Shown: positions 57,909-64,000 of the stretch, piece after piece
Layout: every line of letters begins with the position of its first letter
Numbering within the stretch: position 1 is the stretch's first letter
From: Gemmatimonadota bacterium
Lineage (GTDB): Bacteria > Gemmatimonadota > Gemmatimonadetes > Gemmatimonadales > Gemmatimonadaceae
Length of the DNA stretch: 64,000 bases
Direction of reading: 5' to 3'
Assembly (NCBI GenBank): GCA_040389905.1
Contig: JAZJZK010000007.1
Coordinates: 415,492 to 479,491, forward strand
Translations under genes and position numbers: made by a program
The notes under the pieces: generated by a model
The model's database searches: none
The model's input: only the letters and a program-made list of their open reading frames with translations
What the model was told of the DNA's origin: nothing

Positions 57909-59182
57909 TGTCGTCCTGGGCTGAATGGAAGCGCTGTCCTCCCGGCGAGGCGTTGCGGCAGGCCGACCCCGACATCGCCGCGCTGATCGGTGAGGAAATC
58001 GACCGACAGAACGGGGGCATCGAGCTCATTGCCAGCGAAAACTTCGTCTCGCCTGCCGTCATGGAAGCGATGGGGTCTCCGCTCACGAACAAGTACGCCG
58101 AAGGGCTGCCGGGAAAGCGCTACTATGGCGGGTGCGAGGTCGTCGACAAAGTCGAGCAGCTCGCCATCGACCGCGTGAAGCAACTGTTCAACGCCGAACA
58201 CGCGAATGTGCAGCCCCACTCGGGCGCACAGGCCAATGCCGCGGTGTTCCTCGCGTTTCTCAAGCCCGGCGACACGTTTCTCGGCATGGACCTGTCGCAG
58301 GGCGGCCATTTGACGCACGGCTCGCCGGTGAATTTTTCTGGACTGCTGTATAACGCCATTTCGTATGGGTTGACCCCCGAGGGATACATCGACTACGACG
58401 CGATGCGCGCGCAGGCACGCACGCACCGGCCGAAGATGATCATCGCGGGCTACAGCGCGTACCCTCGGGCACTGGATTTCGCGGCGTTCGCGGAGGTCGC
58501 GAAGGAAATCGGCGCGATCTTCATGGTGGACATGGCCCATTTCGCGGGACTATCCGCCACCGGAGTCTATCCGAGTCCGGTCCCGCACGCGGACGTCGTC
58601 ACGTCGACGACGCACAAGACGCTCCGCGGCCCCCGTGGGGGTCTGATCCTCTGCAAGGCGCAACACGCGGCGGCAGTGAACAAGGCGGTGTTTCCGGGTA
58701 CGCAGGGTGGCCCGCTGGAGCACGTGATCGCTGCGAAAGCGGTGGCGTTCAAGGAGGCGCTGGAGCCCGCATTTACGGAGTACTGCCGTCAGATCGTGGC
58801 GAACGCCCATGCACTCGCCGAGGCATTCGTTGCCCGAGGATATCAGCTGGTGTCCGGCGGCACGGACAATCATCTGATGCTCATCGACCTTCGCAACAAG
58901 GGGCTCACGGGCAAAGTCGCCGAAAAGGCGCTCGACGTGGCGGGAATCACCGTCAACAAGAACACGGTGCCCAATGAGACCCAATCGCCATTCGTGACCA
59001 GCGGAATCCGTATTGGCACCCCTGCGGTGACGACACGGGGAATGCAGGAGCGCGAAATGGTGGAAATCGCCGAGCTGATTGATCGCGTGCTGGTTGCGCC
59101 CGATGATTCCACGGTCGCGGCCGCCGTCCGCACGGAGGTGCTGGCGCTGGCGAACCGCTTTCCCCTTTATCCGCGACACTAG
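57908..59182 (+). CDS. glyA: Serine hydroxymethyltransferase
   Basis: [31 protein letters not shown] and SGIRIGTPA motifs. Confidence 0.97.
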   Translation: MSSWAEWKRCPPGEALRQADPDIAALIGEEIDRQNGGIELIASENFVSPAVMEAMGSPLTNKYAEGLPGKRYYGGCEVVDKVEQLAIDRVKQLFNAEHANVQPHSGAQANAAVFLAFLKPGDTFLGMDLSQGGHLTHGSPVNFSGLLYNAISYGLTPEGYIDYDAMRAQARTHRPKMIIAGYSAYPRALDFAAFAEVAKEIGAIFMVDMAHFAGLSATGVYPSPVPHADVVTSTTHKTLRGPRGGLILCKAQHAAAVNKAVFPGTQGGPLEHVIAAKAVAFKEALEPAFTEYCRQIVANAHALAEAFVARGYQLVSGGTDNHLMLIDLRNKGLTGKVAEKALDVAGITVNKNTVPNETQSPFVTSGIRIGTPAVTTRGMQEREMVEIAELIDRVLVAPDDSTVAAAVRTEVLALANRFPLYPRH

Positions 59183-59276
59183 TTTCTTGGCCGCCTGCGA
59201 ATTTGTCGCTCGCGCGGGCGGCGTCCCGTTATTATGTTCGGGCGACTAACAAAATCGGCGCAGCCAAACCTCCCCT

Positions 59277-61472
59277 ATGCTCCGCAGACTTCTCTTCGCG
59301 CTTTCCGTCGTTGTTGTCGCGAGCCAGACGGCGCTCGCCGAAGACGGGTACGACCTCTGGTTGCGATACCGTCAGGTCTCGGATCCGGTACGGCTTGCGG
59401 AGTACCGCCGTCTCGTCACATCGATCACGGTCGATGGCGCCACTGCGACGTTGAACGTCACGCGCGATGAACTCAAACGCGCACTGAAAGGGCTCCTCGG
59501 CGCGGAGGTTCCAACTGGAGCGTTCTCCGTGAATGCCGCGGGAAGTTCGGCGCCGGAGAAGGATGGCTTTCTCCTCGCCGGCACGCAGTCGACCATCACG
59601 GTTCCTCCAGGCGTCATCAAGGATCTCGAGAAAGTTGGCGACGAGGGCTACGTCATTCGCTCGCTCACCATCGGAGGGAAGAAGGGCACCGTCATTGCCG
59701 CGAACAGCGATATCGGAGTGCTCTATGGCGCCTTTGCATTCCTCCGCGAACTGCAAACGTCGAAGCCGATCACCGCGCTGTCGATCGTCGGCCACCCGAA
59801 GATCCAGCTCCGGATGATGGATCACTGGGACAATCTCAATCGCAGTGTCGAGCGTGGCTATGCGGGCCCGTCGCTGTGGGAGTGGGATTCGCTGCCCGGC
59901 AAGTTGTCGCCCCGCTACACGGACTATGCGCGCGCGAACGCGTCCATCGGGATCAACGGCGCCGCGCTCACGAACGTGAACGCGAACGCGCAGCAGATCA
60001 CGCCGGCCTATCTCACGAAAGTGGCGGCGCTCGCGAAGGTGTTTCGCCCGTATGGCATCCGCGTCTTTCTCACCGGGCGCTTCAGTGCGCCGATCGAGAT
60101 CGGTGGGCTCAAGACGGCCGACCCACTCGACCCGGCGGTGCGCGAGTGGTGGAAGAAGAAGGTCGATGAGATCTATACCCTCATTCCGGACTTCGGCGGG
60201 TTTGTTGTCAAGGCGAATTCAGAAGGACAGCCGGGCCCACAGGATTACAAGCGCACGCACGCGGACGGCGCGAACATGTTTGCCGAAGCGCTCGCGCCGC
60301 ACGGTGGCATCGTGATGTGGCGTGCGTTCGTGTATAGCAACGAAGTGCCGGTCGACCGCGTGCGCCAGGCGTACGACGAGTTCAAGCCGCTCGACGGACA
60401 GTTCCAGCAGAACGCCTTCGTCCAGGTGAAGAGCGGTGCACTGGATTTCCAGCCGCGCGAGCCATTCCATCCGTTGTTCGGCGCGATGCCGAAGACGCCC
60501 GTGATGATGGAGTTCCAGATCACGAAGGAGTATCTCGGGCAGGACACGCATCTCGCGTACATGGGGAGCTATTTCGAGGAAGTGCTGCGCGCGGACACCT
60601 ATGCCAACGGCAAGGGATCTACGGTCGCACGGGTGATCGACGGTTCCGTGCACAAGTACGCACGCACCGGCATCACAGGCGTTGCCAATGTGGGCAGCGA
60701 CAGCAACTGGACGGGCTCGCAATTCAATCAGGCCAACTGGTATTCCTACGGTCGTCTCGCCTGGGACCCGGAGCTGAGCTCGAAGAAGATCGCCGAGGAG
60801 TGGGTTCGCGAGACCTTCACCAACGATGCGAATGCCGTTCCGAAGATCGTGCAGATGATGATGACGTCGCGTGAGGCGGTCGTGAATTACATGACGCCGC
60901 TCGGGCTCGCGCACATCATGGCGAGCAATCACCACTATGGCCCCGGCGCATGGGCGCGCGTGCAGCGTGCTGACCAATCGCCTCCGTACTTCCACAAGGC
61001 GGATTCCATTGGCCTCGGCTTCAACCGGACATCGACCGGCACCAAGCAGGTGGACCAATATTTCAAGCCGGTGCGCGACAAGTACGAGAACTTGAAGACT
61101 GTCCCCGATTCGAATCTGTTGTGGTTCCACCATGTGCCGTGGAACTACAAACTAAAAACCGGGCGCACGCTGTGGGATGAGCTTGTGGTGCGTGAAAACC
61201 TCGGCGTCGATTCCGTGCGCGTCATGCAGCGCACATGGGACGCGGTGAAGGACGCCATCGACCCGCAGCGCTTTGCAGAAGTACAGTCGTTCCTCGCGAT
61301 CCAGGAGAAGGAAGCACGCTGGTGGCGTGACGCCAACCTGTCGTACTTCCAGACCTTTTCCAAGATGCCGATCCCCGCGAAGTACGATCAACCGGCGCAC
61401 AACCTTCAGTACTATCAGCAGCTCCGCTGTCCTGCGAATCGCAACAAGCCGCGCTGCGACACCATTCCCTGA
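59277..61472 (+). CDS. aguA: Alpha-glucuronidase, GH67, with a signal peptide
   Basis: [42 protein letters not shown] and QITKEYLGQ motifs. Confidence 0.92.
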   Translation: MLRRLLFALSVVVVASQTALAEDGYDLWLRYRQVSDPVRLAEYRRLVTSITVDGATATLNVTRDELKRALKGLLGAEVPTGAFSVNAAGSSAPEKDGFLLAGTQSTITVPPGVIKDLEKVGDEGYVIRSLTIGGKKGTVIAANSDIGVLYGAFAFLRELQTSKPITALSIVGHPKIQLRMMDHWDNLNRSVERGYAGPSLWEWDSLPGKLSPRYTDYARANASIGINGAALTNVNANAQQITPAYLTKVAALAKVFRPYGIRVFLTGRFSAPIEIGGLKTADPLDPAVREWWKKKVDEIYTLIPDFGGFVVKANSEGQPGPQDYKRTHADGANMFAEALAPHGGIVMWRAFVYSNEVPVDRVRQAYDEFKPLDGQFQQNAFVQVKSGALDFQPREPFHPLFGAMPKTPVMMEFQITKEYLGQDTHLAYMGSYFEEVLRADTYANGKGSTVARVIDGSVHKYARTGITGVANVGSDSNWTGSQFNQANWYSYGRLAWDPELSSKKIAEEWVRETFTNDANAVPKIVQMMMTSREAVVNYMTPLGLAHIMASNHHYGPGAWARVQRADQSPPYFHKADSIGLGFNRTSTGTKQVDQYFKPVRDKYENLKTVPDSNLLWFHHVPWNYKLKTGRTLWDELVVRENLGVDSVRVMQRTWDAVKDAIDPQRFAEVQSFLAIQEKEARWWRDANLSYFQTFSKMPIPAKYDQPAHNLQYYQQLRCPANRNKPRCDTIP

Positions 61473-61483
61473 GCCTCGTCAAC

Positions 61484-62662
61484 ATGTCTCCTTCAAATTC
61501 GCAGGACGCGCTTACCCCGCGCCCGGAGCATCGCTTCACGTTTGGACTGTGGACTGTGGGGAATCCGGGGCGCGATCCCTTCGGCGACGCCGTGCGGCCC
61601 ACGCTCACCGCGCCCTATATCGTTCGGAAGCTGGGTGCGCTTGGCGCATACGGCGTGAACTTCCACGATAACGATCTCGTGCCGCGCGATGCGACCTGCG
61701 CCGAGCGCGACCAGATCGTCAAGGAATTTCGCGAGGCGCTGGACGAGACGGGGCTCAAGGTGCCGATGGCAACCACGAACCTGTTCGGCGATCCGGTCTT
61801 CCGCGACGGCGCGTTCACGAGCAACGACGCGAAGGTCCGCCGTCACGCGTTGCAGAAGACGATGCGAGCGATGGACCTCGGCAAGGAGTTCGACGCGGAG
61901 ACGTACGTGTTCTGGGGCGGTCGTGAGGGCGTCGAGAGCAACGCCACCAAGGATGCGATCGAGGCGACGAAGTGGTTCCGCGATGCGATCAACTTCCTCT
62001 GCGAGTACAACATTGCGCAGGGGTACAACTACAAGTTTGCGCTCGAGCCGAAGCCCAATGAGCCGCGCGGAGACATCTTCCTTCCCACGATCGGGCACGC
62101 GCTCGCCTTCATCTACACGCTCGATCATCCGGACATGGTCGGCGTGAATCCCGAGGTCGCGCACGATACGATGGCCGGGATGGATTTCTCGCACGGCGTC
62201 GCGCAGGCGATCGAGGCGAACAAGCTGTTCCACATCGACCTCAACGCGCAGAAGCCCGGCCGGTACGATCAGGATCACCGCTTCGGTAGCGAGGACATCA
62301 AGCAGGCATTCTTCCTCGTGAAGTTGCTGGAAGATTCGGGTTACGCCGGCATGCGTCACTTCGATAGCCATGCCTACCGAACGGAAGACGAGAAGGGCGT
62401 GTGGGATTTTGCGGCGGGCAGCATGCGGACCTATCTCATCCTCAAGGAGAAGGTCGCACGCTTCAACGCGGACACGGAGATTCAGCAGATGCTGAGCGAC
62501 TTGCGGGCGCGAGGCGCCGAGCCGGGCCAGCGCATCAGCTACGCGAAGGACTCCGCGGCCATTCGCGACGAAACGTTCGATCTCGTCGCCATGCGCAACG
62601 CCGGTTACGCGTACGAACGACTTGACCAGTTGACCGTGGAGATCATCCTCGGAGTGCGCTGA
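61484..62662 (+). CDS. xylA: Xylose isomerase (short, class I type)
   Basis: [42 protein letters not shown] and NPEVAH motifs. Confidence 0.95.
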   Translation: MSPSNSQDALTPRPEHRFTFGLWTVGNPGRDPFGDAVRPTLTAPYIVRKLGALGAYGVNFHDNDLVPRDATCAERDQIVKEFREALDETGLKVPMATTNLFGDPVFRDGAFTSNDAKVRRHALQKTMRAMDLGKEFDAETYVFWGGREGVESNATKDAIEATKWFRDAINFLCEYNIAQGYNYKFALEPKPNEPRGDIFLPTIGHALAFIYTLDHPDMVGVNPEVAHDTMAGMDFSHGVAQAIEANKLFHIDLNAQKPGRYDQDHRFGSEDIKQAFFLVKLLEDSGYAGMRHFDSHAYRTEDEKGVWDFAAGSMRTYLILKEKVARFNADTEIQQMLSDLRARGAEPGQRISYAKDSAAIRDETFDLVAMRNAGYAYERLDQLTVEIILGVR

Positions 62663-62663
62663 A

Positions 62664-64000
62664 GTGGCCGACGCCCGTCAGCTGTTCCTCGGACTCGACG
62701 TCGGCACCAGCGGCGTCAAGGCAATTCTCGTGGCACTGAACGGCGACGTCGCGGCCACCGCGACGTCGCCGCTCACCATGTCGACGCCGCAACCAGGTTG
62801 GGCGGAGCAGGACCCCGCAGCGTGGTGGGACGCGACGCTGGCCTCGATTCACGCCGTGCGTCGCGCCTGCCCGGATGCCGCCATCGCTGCGGTTGGAATC
62901 TCCGGGCAGATGCACTCGTCGGTTTTTCTCGACCGCGATGGCGCCGTCATTCGTCCGGCGCTCCTCTGGTGCGATGGACGCACGACCGCGGAATGCGCGG
63001 AAATCACGGCGGCGGTCGGCGGAGAAGAGAAGCTGCGCGATCTCGCGTGCAATCCGGCGCTCGAGGGCTTCACGCTGCCCAAGGTGCTTTGGCTGAGAAA
63101 GCACGAGCCCGCCGCATATGCGCGGCTGGCCACCGTGCTGCTTCCGAAAGACTACATCCGGTATCGACTCACCGGGCAACTCGCGACCGATCCGTCAGAC
63201 GCGTCGGCGACGTTGATGTATGACACGGCGAACCTTCGCTGGAGCGACGAAATCCTCGCTGCGGTCGGCGTGCCGCGCTCCATCGTGCCCGACGTTGGTG
63301 GGTCGTCGGAGATTCTCGGCCGCATCAATGCGCAGGCGGCGGCGCTGACCACGTTGCTCGAGGGCACGCCCGTCGTTGGCGGGGGCGCAGACAACGCATG
63401 TGGCGCGGCAGGCGTCGGCGCGACGACACCTGGCGAAGTCGTATCGAGTTGGGGCACGTCTGGCACGGTGCTGGCGCCAACCGTCGTACCGCTCGTCGAT
63501 CCGGGTTTGCGCGCCCACACGTTCTGTCACGTCGCCCCTGGTGCGTGGTATCTCATGGGCGTGGTGCTGTCGGCTGGTGGCGCCTTCAGCTGGTATCGCG
63601 ACCAGTTTGCCCGCGATGCCGGAGACGCACGTGACGCGGACAGGAAACTCGACGAGGAAGCGGCGAGCGTTCCGCGCGGCGCCGGCGGCGTCACCTTCCT
63701 CCCGTACCTGCAAGGGGAGCGAACGCCGCATCGGGACGCAGCGGCTCGTGGCGCGTTGCTCGGGCTGAGCCTCGCACACAGTCGCGCGCATGCGACGCGC
63801 GCGGTGCTCGAAGGCATCACCTTCGCACTCCGGGATTCCCTGACCATTCTCCAGGACCTCAAGCTCGCGCCGAGTCACCTGCTGCTGACGGGCGGGGGAG
63901 CAAAAAGCGCGTTCATCCGTCAGTTGCAAGCGGAGGTCTTCGGACTTCCCATCACCACGGTGAATCGCGAGGAGGGTCCTGCGTACGGCGCGGCGCTGCT
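62664..64000 (+). CDS. xylB: Xylulokinase (runs off the window end)
   Basis: GTG start; LGLDVGTSGVK, EQDP..WW, GISGQMH, WCDGRT, GGGADNA, GTSG, FLPYLQGERTP and TGGGAKS read directly from the sequence; no stop in the window. Confidence 0.93.
   Translation, partial: MADARQLFLGLDVGTSGVKAILVALNGDVAATATSPLTMSTPQPGWAEQDPAAWWDATLASIHAVRRACPDAAIAAVGISGQMHSSVFLDRDGAVIRPALLWCDGRTTAECAEITAAVGGEEKLRDLACNPALEGFTLPKVLWLRKHEPAAYARLATVLLPKDYIRYRLTGQLATDPSDASATLMYDTANLRWSDEILAAVGVPRSIVPDVGGSSEILGRINAQAAALTTLLEGTPVVGGGADNACGAAGVGATTPGEVVSSWGTSGTVLAPTVVPLVDPGLRAHTFCHVAPGAWYLMGVVLSAGGAFSWYRDQFARDAGDARDADRKLDEEAASVPRGAGGVTFLPYLQGERTPHRDAAARGALLGLSLAHSRAHATRAVLEGITFALRDSLTILQDLKLAPSHLLLTGGGAKSAFIRQLQAEVFGLPITTVNREEGPAYGAAL

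Overview
High-GC bacterial core-chromosome segment. Gene content and protein style suggest Gemmatimonadota; this is an inference, not a database result. It holds about 52 CDSs and three tRNAs: Gln-TTG, Ser-GCT and Ser-TGA, none with an encoded CCA. Housekeeping genes include prs, ispE, pdxJ, mce, trxA, rsmI, lexA, gltX, purH, purN, selA, valS, thrS, rpiB and glyA. There is also a thiolase/hbd/acyl-CoA dehydrogenase/leucine dehydrogenase block and a xylan/xylose block (GH67, xylA, partial xylB). I saw no integrase, transposase, prophage, CRISPR array or rRNA. The most interesting unexplained structure: (1) two or three families of short palindromic REP/MITE-like repeats that nest inside each other and twice fall within protein-coding frames; (2) a 142-nt near-perfect intergenic hairpin after a JAB/MPN-DinG fusion gene; (3) an overlap-coupled operon of uncharacterised envelope proteins (DUF4159-like, DUF4175-like, TPR, secreted GATase-fold-like); (4) a multi-Hpt-like protein lacking the phosphoacceptor His; (5) an orphan BlaR1/M56 gene that keeps a dyad operator; (6) a 52-aa membrane ORF upstream of thrS that is absent from the ORF track. 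Family names come from motif recognition only; no searches were run.
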